From positions 42,285-106,284 of the forward strand of contig CAZETS010000002.1 in NCBI GenBank assembly GCA_964515335.1: 64,000 nucleotides of DNA, given 5' to 3'. Shown here piece by piece: positions 38,902 through 47,893 of the stretch. The notes under the pieces were generated by a model. It searched no databases and had not been told where the DNA came from. It was given only the letters and a program-made list of their open reading frames with translations. This stretch comes from an uncultured Spirochaetaceae bacterium (GTDB taxonomy: Bacteria; Myxococcota_A; UBA9160; UBA4427). Both the position numbers and the translations under genes were made by a program. Position 1 is the stretch's first letter; each line of letters begins with the position of its first letter.

Positions 38902-39229
38902 GGCCGGGTCCTCGGTTCGGGTTCGCGGCGCGTCGCGCGCCAGCTCTCGGGCTCGCGCTGCCGCTTCCGGTCGGGACGCCTGGGTCGGACAGCAGGACCG
39001 GGCGCCTTGGACCTCGCCCACCGCCGCCTTGCTTCGCGCAACGGTGGGCTAGCGAGCGCGCGTCGCCGCGCGTGCAGCGGTCGTGATCGCCGTCAGCCGA
39101 ACGTCGCGCCCCCGAGCACGGATCGGCCCACGGGGCGTTCGCACCCCGAGGTCCCGCGTCTCCGCTCCAGCCGCTCTCTGGGATCTGTCTTGGCTCGCGT
39201 CGAACATGGCCCCTACCGACGCCGGGAGT

Positions 39230-40630
39230 CTACTCGACGTCCGGGCCCCTAGCAGCCCGATCGGGACCGGGATCACGGCGCCGTGAGCGCGCGAAGGCGC
39301 GGTAGAACGGCAGCCCGGCGGCAAGCAGCGCCGTGCTGACCGCGCACTCGAAGGGGCTTCCGATCAGCATCGCGACTCCGATCGCCCCGTTGGCCAGCAG
39401 ATAGAGGCCGGGGACCCAGGGGTGGCCCCAGGCGCGGTAGGGCCGCGGCCGCTCCGGCTGCACCGACCGCAGGCGGTACAGCGCGAGCACGTCGGCCGAG
39501 GTGGCGATCAGGATCGCAAAGACAGTGAAGTCGAGGGCACTCGGAAAGCTCCGCAGCACGAGCAGCAGCCCGACCGACACGCCCGCCTGCAGGACGATCG
39601 CGGTGGTGGGCGTCCGGAAGCCCGCGTGAACGCGATCGACGCCGCGGAAGAAGAGCCCGTCCAGCGCCATCGCGTAGGCGATGCGAGGCCCCACGAGCAC
39701 CGTCGCGTTCAGCGTTCCGAGCACCGAGACGAGCACGAAGACGCCGACCAATCTGCCCCCCACCGGACCGAAGAGCGCCAGCCCCGCGGCCTCGCCCGCA
39801 TCGGGCGCGCCGGCCAGGCGCTCCATCGGCAGCGCGTAGAGATACACGGCGTTGACGAGCAGGTACGTGCCCGCGCAGATCCCGAGGCCGAGAAACAACG
39901 AGCGCGGCACGTTGCGTCCGGGCGAGCGGATCTCGCTCGCGACGTACACCGAGGCGTTCCAGCCCAGGTAGCTGAAGAGGATGGGCGAGAGGGCCCGGCC
40001 GAAGTCGACCCAGCCGATCGCGCCGTCGCTCGCGGGCGCCGGCTCGACGAGCCGCGCCGGGTCGCCCATGCCGGTGAAGGGACCGATCAGCACGAAGGCC
40101 AGCAGGGCGCCGATCTTCACGACGGAGACGAGATTGTTGGCCCGCGCCCCCCACTCGACACCGACGTAGTTGAGCCCGGACACGACGAGGGTGATCGCTA
40201 CCGCGATCGACAGCACCGCGGCGTCCCCCAGCCCGAAGCGCGCCGCCAGCCCCTCGGCGAAAGCCAGCGCGAGGGCCGCGATCGTGCCCGTGTAGATGGC
40301 GAAGAACGTCATCCAGCCGACCAGGAAGCCGGCGACCGGATGGAAGGCCTCCCGGAGGTACACGTAATCGCCGCCGGCGCGGGGGTACATGGCCCCGAGT
40401 TCGGCGTTCGCCAGAGCGCCGGCCAGCGAGAGCAGCCCGCCCACCGCCCAGGCGGCGAGGATCCAGCCCGGCGCGGGCAGCAGCGCCGCCACCTGGCCGG
40501 GCGTGAAGAAGATGCCGGCGCCGATCACCGAGGCGACCACCAGCATCGCCGCGTCGAACGGCCCCAGCCTTCGGCCGAGCCGGTCGCGCGGGTGCCCGCT
40601 GGCCTCGCTGGCGTCCACGGGCCGGAGCAT
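39230..40630 (-). CDS. APC-family amino acid permease
   Basis: Twelve-helix-type hydrophobic profile and an N-terminal VIGAGIFFTPG motif. The start at 40630 is preferred because the longer ORF would overlap the hppA terminator. Confidence 0.8.
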   Translation of the reverse strand: MLRPVDASEASGHPRDRLGRRLGPFDAAMLVVASVIGAGIFFTPGQVAALLPAPGWILAAWAVGGLLSLAGALANAELGAMYPRAGGDYVYLREAFHPVAGFLVGWMTFFAIYTGTIAALALAFAEGLAARFGLGDAAVLSIAVAITLVVSGLNYVGVEWGARANNLVSVVKIGALLAFVLIGPFTGMGDPARLVEPAPASDGAIGWVDFGRALSPILFSYLGWNASVYVASEIRSPGRNVPRSLFLGLGICAGTYLLVNAVYLYALPMERLAGAPDAGEAAGLALFGPVGGRLVGVFVLVSVLGTLNATVLVGPRIAYAMALDGLFFRGVDRVHAGFRTPTTAIVLQAGVSVGLLLVLRSFPSALDFTVFAILIATSADVLALYRLRSVQPERPRPYRAWGHPWVPGLYLLANGAIGVAMLIGSPFECAVSTALLAAGLPFYRAFARSRRRDPGPDRAARGPDVE

Positions 40631-40664
40631 AGCCGTGGCCCCCCAGCCGCTGCTGGCGGCGGCG

Positions 40665-40710
40665 AAAAAGAATCGGGCCGACCTCCCCACCCGGGAAGCC
40701 GGCCCGATTC
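40665..40710 (-). terminator. Intrinsic terminator after hppA
   Basis: Perfect 11-bp stem GAATCGGGCCG/CGGCCCGATTC (40670-40710) with a 19-nt loop, followed on the minus strand by UUUUU (40665-40669). It sits 26 nt past the hppA stop. Confidence 0.7.
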
Positions 40711-40735
40711 GCAGTGCGGCGCGTCGCGCGGCGCG

Positions 40736-42808
40736 TCAGCTCATGAACGGAATGAGCAGCAGCGCGACGATGTTCACCAGCTTCAGCATGGGGTTGATGG
40801 CAGGGCCGGCGGTGTCCTTGTAGGGGTCGCCGACGGTGTCGCCGGTGACCGCGGCCTTGTGGGCCTCGGACCCCTTGCCCCCGTGCGAACCGGACTCGAT
40901 GAACTTCTTGGCGTTGTCCCAGGCCGCGCCGCCGGTCGTCATCGACAGGGCGACACACAGGCCCGAGATGATCGAACCGATCAGCAGGCCGCCCACGGCC
41001 TGCGCGGCCGAGATGCCCGGAGCGAAGACCAGCAGGACCGGCACCGCGACCGGAATCAGCGCGGGCGCGACCATCTCGCGCAGCGCTGCGCGGGTCACGA
41101 TGTCGACGCACTGGGTGTAGTCCGGCTTGCCCGTGCCCTCCATGATGCCCGGGATCTCCTTGAACTGACGCCTCACCTCGGTGACGACCTCCTTGGCGGC
41201 GTCGCCGACGGCGGTCATCGCGAACGAGGCGAACACGTAGGGCAGCATGGCGCCGATGAAGAGTCCGACCAGCACGCTCACGTCCGAGAGGTCGAAGCTC
41301 ACCTCGATGCCACCGAGCACCTTCAGATCCTCGATGTAGGTGGCGAAGAGCACCACTGCCGCCAGGCCCGCCGAGGCGATCGCGTAGCCCTTGGTGACGG
41401 CCTTCGTGGTGTTGCCGAAGGCGTCGAGCGGGTCGGTGACGTTGCGGACCTGGTCGCCGAGCTCGGCCATCTCGGCGATGCCGCCGGCGTTGTCGGTGAT
41501 CGGCCCGTAGGCGTCGATGCTGACGATCAGCCCGGCGAGCGAGAGCATCGCCATGGCGGCGATGCCGATGCCGTACAGGCCGGCCAGCCAGTAGCAGATG
41601 CCGATCGACAGGACGATCGAGATCACCGGGATGACCGTGGCCTGCATGCCCACCGCGAGTCCGCGGATCACGTTCGTGCCGTGGCCGCCCTCGCTCGCAT
41701 CGGCGATCGCCGCGACGTGCTTGGAGCCGTCGCCGGTGTACATGTCCGTGACGTAGAGCATGACCGCGGTGAGCCCGCAGCCGATCGCGGTGCAGAGCCA
41801 GACGGAGATCCGGCCGAGCTCGTGGCCGGTGCTGTCGACTCCCGGCACGTTCACGAAGAGGGTGAGGACGAAGAGGAGTCCGATCATCACGGTGGCCGCG
41901 ATGCCGAGGCCGCGGTACATCGCCTGCATGACGGCGGGCTGCTGGCCGGCCGACGGCTCGGGAATCGTCACGAACGGCAGCGCGACGAGCGACCCGAGGA
42001 TGCCCGCGGTTCCGACGAGCAGCGGGTAGAAGAACAGGGAGTCGCTCGCCGGGAAGATGATGTGGGCGAGCAGCATCACTGCCGCAGCCGTCACCCCGTA
42101 GGTCTCGAAGAGGTCGGCCGCCATACCCGCGCAGTCGCCGACGTTGTCACCGACGTTGTCCGCGATCACGGCGGGGTTGCGCGGATCGTCCTCGGGGATG
42201 TTCGCCTCGACCTTGCCGACGAGGTCGGCCCCGACGTCCGCCGCCTTGGTGAAGATGCCGCCACCGAGACGCGCGAACACCGAGATCAGCGAGCCGCCGA
42301 ACGCCAGACCGATCAGCGAGTTCGAGGTGAGCGTCATCGCCATGGCGTGATCCTCGGGTCCGAACATCCCGACACCGATCACCAGGATCGCCACGCTGAG
42401 GAGCCCGAGCCCGACCACCATCAGGCCGGTCACCGCCCCGCCCTTGAAGGCGAGATCGAAGGCCCGCGAGAAGCCGCTGTGCGCGGCCTCGGCGACGCGC
42501 ACGTTCGCGCGCACCGAGACGTTCATGCCGATGAAACCGGCCGCCGCGCTGGCGACGGCGCCGAGCAGGAAGCCGACCGCGTACCACCAGTTGAGCGCCA
42601 CGCCGATCACGAAGAAGATCGGCGCGCCCACGATGGCGACGGTGCGGTACTGCCGGTTCAGGAACGCACTGGCGCCCTGGGCGATCGCCCGGGCGATCTC
42701 GTTGGCCCGGTCGTTGCCCGCCGCCGCGGACTGGACCTGTCGGTAGAGCTTCCCACCCCACGCGAGAGCGACGAGCGCGGCGAGGAGGGCGAGAACGGTC
42801 ACGAACAT
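40736..42808 (-). CDS. hppA: Membrane-bound proton/sodium-translocating pyrophosphatase
   Basis: 690-aa polytopic protein with family signatures ([46 protein letters not shown]). Confidence 0.9.
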   Translation of the reverse strand: MFVTVLALLAALVALAWGGKLYRQVQSAAAGNDRANEIARAIAQGASAFLNRQYRTVAIVGAPIFFVIGVALNWWYAVGFLLGAVASAAAGFIGMNVSVRANVRVAEAAHSGFSRAFDLAFKGGAVTGLMVVGLGLLSVAILVIGVGMFGPEDHAMAMTLTSNSLIGLAFGGSLISVFARLGGGIFTKAADVGADLVGKVEANIPEDDPRNPAVIADNVGDNVGDCAGMAADLFETYGVTAAAVMLLAHIIFPASDSLFFYPLLVGTAGILGSLVALPFVTIPEPSAGQQPAVMQAMYRGLGIAATVMIGLLFVLTLFVNVPGVDSTGHELGRISVWLCTAIGCGLTAVMLYVTDMYTGDGSKHVAAIADASEGGHGTNVIRGLAVGMQATVIPVISIVLSIGICYWLAGLYGIGIAAMAMLSLAGLIVSIDAYGPITDNAGGIAEMAELGDQVRNVTDPLDAFGNTTKAVTKGYAIASAGLAAVVLFATYIEDLKVLGGIEVSFDLSDVSVLVGLFIGAMLPYVFASFAMTAVGDAAKEVVTEVRRQFKEIPGIMEGTGKPDYTQCVDIVTRAALREMVAPALIPVAVPVLLVFAPGISAAQAVGGLLIGSIISGLCVALSMTTGGAAWDNAKKFIESGSHGGKGSEAHKAAVTGDTVGDPYKDTAGPAINPMLKLVNIVALLLIPFMS

Positions 42809-43221
42809 TGGGGTCTCCCTGGATTGAGGCGATGGATTTCGGACGATTCGGGCGGCCGGTACACGGGACGCCCCTCACTTCGGGTCGGCTTCGGGTCGGA
42901 CTTCGCGACGGATCTCGTGCGAGTCGGCCCTCGGCGCCGCGACCACACCGGGTCCCGGGGCCCGGTCGGGCGGCCTGGAGCCGCCGGCGGCCTGACCTTG
43001 CGCGGGATAGAGCCAGGAACCGCGACGCGGCCCGACGACGCCGGCGCAGGCCCCCCTCGGCGGCCGGTAGGCTAGAGGGCAGTGCTCGGAAAATCCAGCC
43101 CCGCGGACGACTTCGGCGCGCTGCGGGGCGGATCGGACCCGGGCCGGGCTGGCGCTTCGCCGTCGCTATGCTGCGAGCGCGGCCCGACCACCCCAGGCCC
43201 CGGCTCGCCCCGGAGGAATGC

Positions 43222-44763
43222 ATGAACGCTGCAGCCAGGATGATGCGAACCGCGGTCGACGCGGGCGTCGATCTCTGCCTCGCGAACCCGGGCACGACCG
43301 AAATGGGGCTGGTCGGCGCCCTCGACGCGACGCCCGGCATGCGCGCCGTGCTGTGTCTCTTCGAGGGCGTGTGCACCGGCGCCGCCGACGGCTACGGCCG
43401 GATGAAGGGAGCTCCGGCGCTCACCCTGCTGCACCTCGGCCCAGGGTTCGCCAACGGCGTCGCGAACCTCCACAACGCCCGCCGCGCGCGTACACCGGTC
43501 GTGAACCTGATCGGCGACCACGCGAGCTGGCATCTGGCGGCCGACGCCCCGCTCACCTCGGACATCGAGTCACTGGCGCGGCCCGTCTCGGGATGGCTCC
43601 GCAACACGACCAGTGCGAAGGAAGCCGCGCAGGACATGGCGGACGCGATCGTGGCCGCGGGCGGGCGCCCGGGGCAGGTGAGCACCCTGATCGTGCCCGC
43701 CGACCACGCGATCGGGGCGGCGAGCTCACGGGTCGACGTGCCTCCCGTCACGAATGCGCCCGCTCCGAACACCGAGCGCATCGAGTCGGCGGCCCGCGCC
43801 CTCAGGGCCGGCAATGGGCCCGTGACGATCCTGCTGGGCGGCAACGCCCTCGGCGAGTGCGGACTCGCCGCCGCCGGTCGCCTGGCGGCCTCTTTCGATG
43901 CACGACTCGTGACCGAGACCTTTCCGGCCCGCTGGGAGCGCGGCGCGACGACGCCGGCCGCGAGCCGGCTCCCGTACCTGCCCGAGCAGGCCAGCGCCTT
44001 CCTCGAAAACGACGCCCTGCTGCTGCTCGCCGGCGCGTCGAGCCCCGTGGCCTTCTTCGGCTACCCGGGCCTGCCGAGCGAGATCGCACCGGACGTGCCG
44101 CGCTGCGCGCTCGCGTCACCCGACGAGGACGCGGCCGCCGCACTCGAACAGCTCGCCGATGCGCTCGATGCGCGCGGCGCGCCCGCCCCGCCGGCCGCCC
44201 GGGCGACGCCCGCGCCCACCGGCGCACTCGACCCGGGCAAGCTCGGCGCCCTGCTCGCCGCCCACCTGCCCGAGGGCGCCATCGTGGTCGACGAGGCCGC
44301 CACCAGCGGCCTGCCCTTCTACCTGATGAGCGACGGCGCGCCGCCCCACAGCCTGCTGACGCTGACCGGCGGCGCGATCGGACAGGGACCGCCCTGCGCG
44401 ACGGGCGCCGCCCTCGCCTGCCCCGATCGCACCGTGATCGACTTCCAGGCCGACGGCAGCGCGCTGTACACCTTCCAGGCCCTCTGGACCCAGGCCCGTG
44501 AGGGACTGCGCGTGGTGACGCTGCTCTGCTCCAACCGCGCCTACCGGATCCTGCAGGTCGAGCTCGGTCGCGCGGGCATCGCCGAGCCGGGCCCGAAGGC
44601 GATGTCGCTCACCTCCCTCGAGCAGCCGGTGATCGACTGGGTGAAGCTCGCCGGGAGCCTCGGTGTCCCGGGCGAGCGCGTCGAGACCGCCGAGGCTCTC
44701 GACCAGGCCCTCGGCCGAGCGCTGGCGGCCTCCGGCCCCGTGCTGATCGAGGTGGCGCTCTGA
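43222..44763 (+). CDS. Thiamine-diphosphate enzyme (acetolactate synthase large-subunit-like), substrate unknown
   Basis: The ATG at 43222 is preceded by GGAGGA. N-terminal Pyr domain (GTTEM, FEGVCTGAADGY). C-terminal ThDP motif ADGSALY...SNRAY. Confidence 0.8.
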   Translation: MNAAARMMRTAVDAGVDLCLANPGTTEMGLVGALDATPGMRAVLCLFEGVCTGAADGYGRMKGAPALTLLHLGPGFANGVANLHNARRARTPVVNLIGDHASWHLAADAPLTSDIESLARPVSGWLRNTTSAKEAAQDMADAIVAAGGRPGQVSTLIVPADHAIGAASSRVDVPPVTNAPAPNTERIESAARALRAGNGPVTILLGGNALGECGLAAAGRLAASFDARLVTETFPARWERGATTPAASRLPYLPEQASAFLENDALLLLAGASSPVAFFGYPGLPSEIAPDVPRCALASPDEDAAAALEQLADALDARGAPAPPAARATPAPTGALDPGKLGALLAAHLPEGAIVVDEAATSGLPFYLMSDGAPPHSLLTLTGGAIGQGPPCATGAALACPDRTVIDFQADGSALYTFQALWTQAREGLRVVTLLCSNRAYRILQVELGRAGIAEPGPKAMSLTSLEQPVIDWVKLAGSLGVPGERVETAEALDQALGRALAASGPVLIEVAL

Positions 44764-44766
44764 CCC

Positions 44767-47736
44767 TCACCCGCGGCGGCGGCGGCGGGCGCGTGCCAGC
44801 ACGACCAGCGTCGCGAGGGCAACCGCCTGTCCGAGCCCCGCGCGCGGCTCGGGCACGTTCGTCATCTCTGAGGCCAGGGTGAAGTTCGGCGGAAAGACGG
44901 TCGTCGCGGAGTCGTAGGTGGTCGTCTCGTCGACCACGATGCAGCCTTCGTAGAAGTTCAGCGCCAACCCGAAGTCGGCGCCGACCAGCGAGGCGCCGAT
45001 CAGATCGACCGGGATCTCGCCGGCCGCGGGCGTGCACCCCGTACCACCGAGGATGGGTTGCGTGGTGCCGTTTCGCGCAAAAGTCGCGCCGTCGAAGCTC
45101 GTATCGTCGAGCCGGGCCCGGAGCAGCGTCGCCGACGTCAGATCGGCGTCGTTGAGATCGGCGTTGGTGAAATCCACGTCGTCGAGCACGGCGTTGGTGA
45201 AATCCACGTCGTCGAGCACGGCGTTGGTGAAATCCACGTCGTCGAGCACGGCGTCGGCGAGATCGACGCCCGTCAGGTCGGCGCCGGAGAAGATCGCCTC
45301 GGCGAGCTGCGCGCCGCTCATGTCGACGACGCGCAGATCCTGCCCCGAGAACGAGACCCTGCCGAGCTCGGCCCGCACGAAGCTCGCCGCGACCAGGCCA
45401 TCGCTCAAGGTGGCGCCCGAGAAGTCCGCACAGTCCCCGGCCGCCGAGCAGACCGCGGAGAGGAAGTCGAAGCGCGCCCCGATCGCATCGACGTTCGAGA
45501 AGGTGGCGTTGGTGAGGTCGGCCGACGAGAAGTCGGCGCCGGCCAGGTCGATGGTCCCCGAGAGGCCGTCGAAGGTGGCGTTCGTCAGGTCCGCACCGCC
45601 AAAGCTCGGCTCGGCCGCGAGCGAGGCAGCGCTGGCGAAAGGCTCGCAGCCGACGGGATCCGCGCAGCCCAGGGAGGTGCCGTCGAAGATCGCCGCGTCG
45701 AGGGTCTCATCGGTGAAGTCCACGCCCGTCAGTGTCGCGTTCGAGAAGTCGGCTCCGGTCGCATCCGCCCCGGTGAGCGCGGCGTTCGTCAGGTTGGCCT
45801 GCGCGAAGTCGGCGCCGGTCACGTCGCGTCCCGCGAACGACACCTCGTTCAGCGTGGCGCCGGCAAAGCTCGCGCCCGACAGGTCGACGGCCGGCGGGAA
45901 CGGATCGCACGGCGTGGCGGGCGAGCAGGTCAGGTTGGCCTGGTCGAACCTCGCCCCTGCCAGAGCCGACACGCCGGTGAGATCGACGTTGGTCAGGACC
46001 TGGGCCGTGAAGTTGGCGTGGGCGAGGGTCGCGCCGGTGAGGACGACGTCGGTCAGAACGGCCTGCGCAAAGTCGGCGCCCGTCAGGTCGATCGACGAGA
46101 GATCCTGGCCCGTCAGGTCGGTCACGACGAAGCTCGCTCCCGTCAGCCCCCCCAGGCCCTGGAAGGCCGTGCAGGGCGGTGTCCCACAGCCGAGGACCAC
46201 GCGGTCGAAGCTCGCGTCCGTGGCGTTGGCGCCGGCGAGCACCGCGCTGGTGAGGAGGGCGCCGGCGAGATTGGCGCGGGTCAGGTCCGCGCCGGTCAGA
46301 TCGACCTGCTCGAGATCGGCCGAGCCGAGGACCGCGTCGACGAGAATCGCGCCGGCAAAGCTCGCCGCGTAATCGGCCGTGATCGGCTGCTCCTCGGCGT
46401 CGGCGCCGGTGCGCACCACGAAGGCGTCGACGCTCGTCAGGTTCGCGCCGGTCAGGTCGAGACCGGCGAAGTCGATGCCTCCAATGTCGGCATCGGTGAG
46501 ATCGAGACCGGTCACCAGGGCCAGCTGCGGGGACATGACGGTTGGATCGAAGAGCTCCAGGCAGGGGCCGGGCGTGTCCGCGACGCTCGGCAGCCGGCAC
46601 GGCTCCTCGATGCCCGACAGCACCGCGTTGCGAAGGTCCGCCCCGTGAAGCTTCGCCTCGGTGGCCAGCGGCGTGAGGATCCGGACCTGGCGCATGTCGG
46701 CGCCGGAGAGATCCACCTCGACCAGACTCGGGCAGCGCTGGCTCTGGTCGGGGTCGCCGGGGCGGGCGGGCACGCACCCACCGCGCGCAAACGAGAGATC
46801 GACGCCGGTCATCACGGCGCGATCGAAGCGCGCACCGTCGACGAGCGCATTCGAGAGATTCGCGGGCTGGGCCTGAGGGGTCGGATCGCAAGCCCCGGCC
46901 ATGTCGAGCGTGGTGAAGCAGGCGTCGGAGAAGTCGACCCGGAGCAGGTCGGTCGCGCGCAGGTCGACGGGTGTGCCGCCCGAGTCGACGAGCCGCCCGT
47001 ACTGGAAGAGCCCGTCGGAGAGGATCGCGAACTGGAGCTGCACGGCCTCGAGACTGGGACAGGTCGCGACATCGGGCGGATCGACGACCGGGTCGGCGAC
47101 CGAATCGCCGCAGCGCGCATCGAGGCGGGTGAGATCGGCGAGCGTGAGATTCACCCCGGCGAGATCCGCCCCGACGACCCGGCCGTCGCGCAGCGACGCC
47201 GAGCCGAGCATCGCGCCGGGCAGCGTGGCGTCCGTCAGGTCGATGCCCACGAGCTGAGCGTTGGCGCCGAGCAGGCCGGTCAGATCGGCGCCCACGAAGG
47301 AGGCCGACAGCAGGTTGATCGAGCCGAAGCCCGCCCCCACCAGCGAAGCACCGTCGAAGACGGGCGCGGTGCCCGTCGCGAACCTCAGGTCGGCCGCATC
47401 CAGGGTCGAGTCGCTCCAGTCCCCGCCCGACAGCTCGGCCCCGTCGAGCACGAGATTCAGCCCGCTGAGATTCGTGGCGCTCACGCGGGTCAGGTCGGCG
47501 AAGCTCAGATCGGCATCGTCGAAGATCGCCATGTCGAGGAGCGAAGGGCTCCCGGTCGCCGGGTCCGGCGAAAGATCGACCCCGTCGAGCGTCTGCCCCG
47601 AGTGATCGTGCGCCGTGTGGTCCGTGCCGCGCGCGTCCATGCCCGGCATCAAGTCCGTGCTCTGAGCCCAGACGCCACCCGCGAGCAAGACCAGGGCGCC
47701 GGCCGGCAGCGCCACACACCAACGAAATGCCCGCAC
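44767..47736 (-). CDS. Secreted giant pentapeptide-repeat protein with a C-terminal PEP-CTERM sorting signal
   Basis: Hundreds of A(D/N)LxX-type pentapeptides (e.g. GADLTGANLT, ADFAQANLTNAALTGADATGADFSNATLTG). Signal-like N-terminus (RAFRWCVALPAGALVLLAGGVWAQS). The C-terminus VPEPRAGLGQAVALATLVVLARARRRRRG has PEP, a hydrophobic helix and a basic tail. The start is a GTG at 47736 or 47772. Confidence 0.8.
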   Translation of the reverse strand: MRAFRWCVALPAGALVLLAGGVWAQSTDLMPGMDARGTDHTAHDHSGQTLDGVDLSPDPATGSPSLLDMAIFDDADLSFADLTRVSATNLSGLNLVLDGAELSGGDWSDSTLDAADLRFATGTAPVFDGASLVGAGFGSINLLSASFVGADLTGLLGANAQLVGIDLTDATLPGAMLGSASLRDGRVVGADLAGVNLTLADLTRLDARCGDSVADPVVDPPDVATCPSLEAVQLQFAILSDGLFQYGRLVDSGGTPVDLRATDLLRVDFSDACFTTLDMAGACDPTPQAQPANLSNALVDGARFDRAVMTGVDLSFARGGCVPARPGDPDQSQRCPSLVEVDLSGADMRQVRILTPLATEAKLHGADLRNAVLSGIEEPCRLPSVADTPGPCLELFDPTVMSPQLALVTGLDLTDADIGGIDFAGLDLTGANLTSVDAFVVRTGADAEEQPITADYAASFAGAILVDAVLGSADLEQVDLTGADLTRANLAGALLTSAVLAGANATDASFDRVVLGCGTPPCTAFQGLGGLTGASFVVTDLTGQDLSSIDLTGADFAQAVLTDVVLTGATLAHANFTAQVLTNVDLTGVSALAGARFDQANLTCSPATPCDPFPPAVDLSGASFAGATLNEVSFAGRDVTGADFAQANLTNAALTGADATGADFSNATLTGVDFTDETLDAAIFDGTSLGCADPVGCEPFASAASLAAEPSFGGADLTNATFDGLSGTIDLAGADFSSADLTNATFSNVDAIGARFDFLSAVCSAAGDCADFSGATLSDGLVAASFVRAELGRVSFSGQDLRVVDMSGAQLAEAIFSGADLTGVDLADAVLDDVDFTNAVLDDVDFTNAVLDDVDFTNADLNDADLTSATLLRARLDDTSFDGATFARNGTTQPILGGTGCTPAAGEIPVDLIGASLVGADFGLALNFYEGCIVVDETTTYDSATTVFPPNFTLASEMTNVPEPRAGLGQAVALATLVVLARARRRRRG
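45161..45250 (-). repeat. Three perfect tandem copies of a 30-bp unit inside the pentapeptide-repeat gene
   Basis: gcgttggtgaaatccacgtcgtcgagcacg occurs at 45161-45190, 45191-45220 and 45221-45250 without a mismatch. It encodes DVDFTNAVLD three times. Confidence 0.95.
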
Positions 47737-47837
47737 GAGTGACCTCGGAGACCTCTGGACGTCGGGGCGCACACGGGGCAGAGCGGACCGGGCACACCCC
47801 CTGCGCGGTCGGCTCTCGCGTCTCTGACACCACCCGC

Positions 47838-47881
47838 GGTGCCGGCGTTGCAGGGTCGCACACCCCGACAACGCCGGCACC
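47838..47881 (-). terminator. Stem-loop immediately after leuA (terminator or stabiliser; no U tract)
   Basis: Perfect 13-bp stem GGTGCCGGCGTTG/CAACGCCGGCACC with an 18-nt loop, starting 13 nt past the leuA stop. Confidence 0.35.
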
Positions 47882-47893
47882 CGGACCCCTGCG

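Noticed and set aside
43222-44763. Calling the second ThDP enzyme acetolactate synthase (ilvB).
   Set aside because: No small regulatory subunit and no ilv genes are adjacent. The family is functionally diverse (sulfoacetaldehyde acetyltransferase, benzoylformate decarboxylase and others). Only the superfamily call is supportable.
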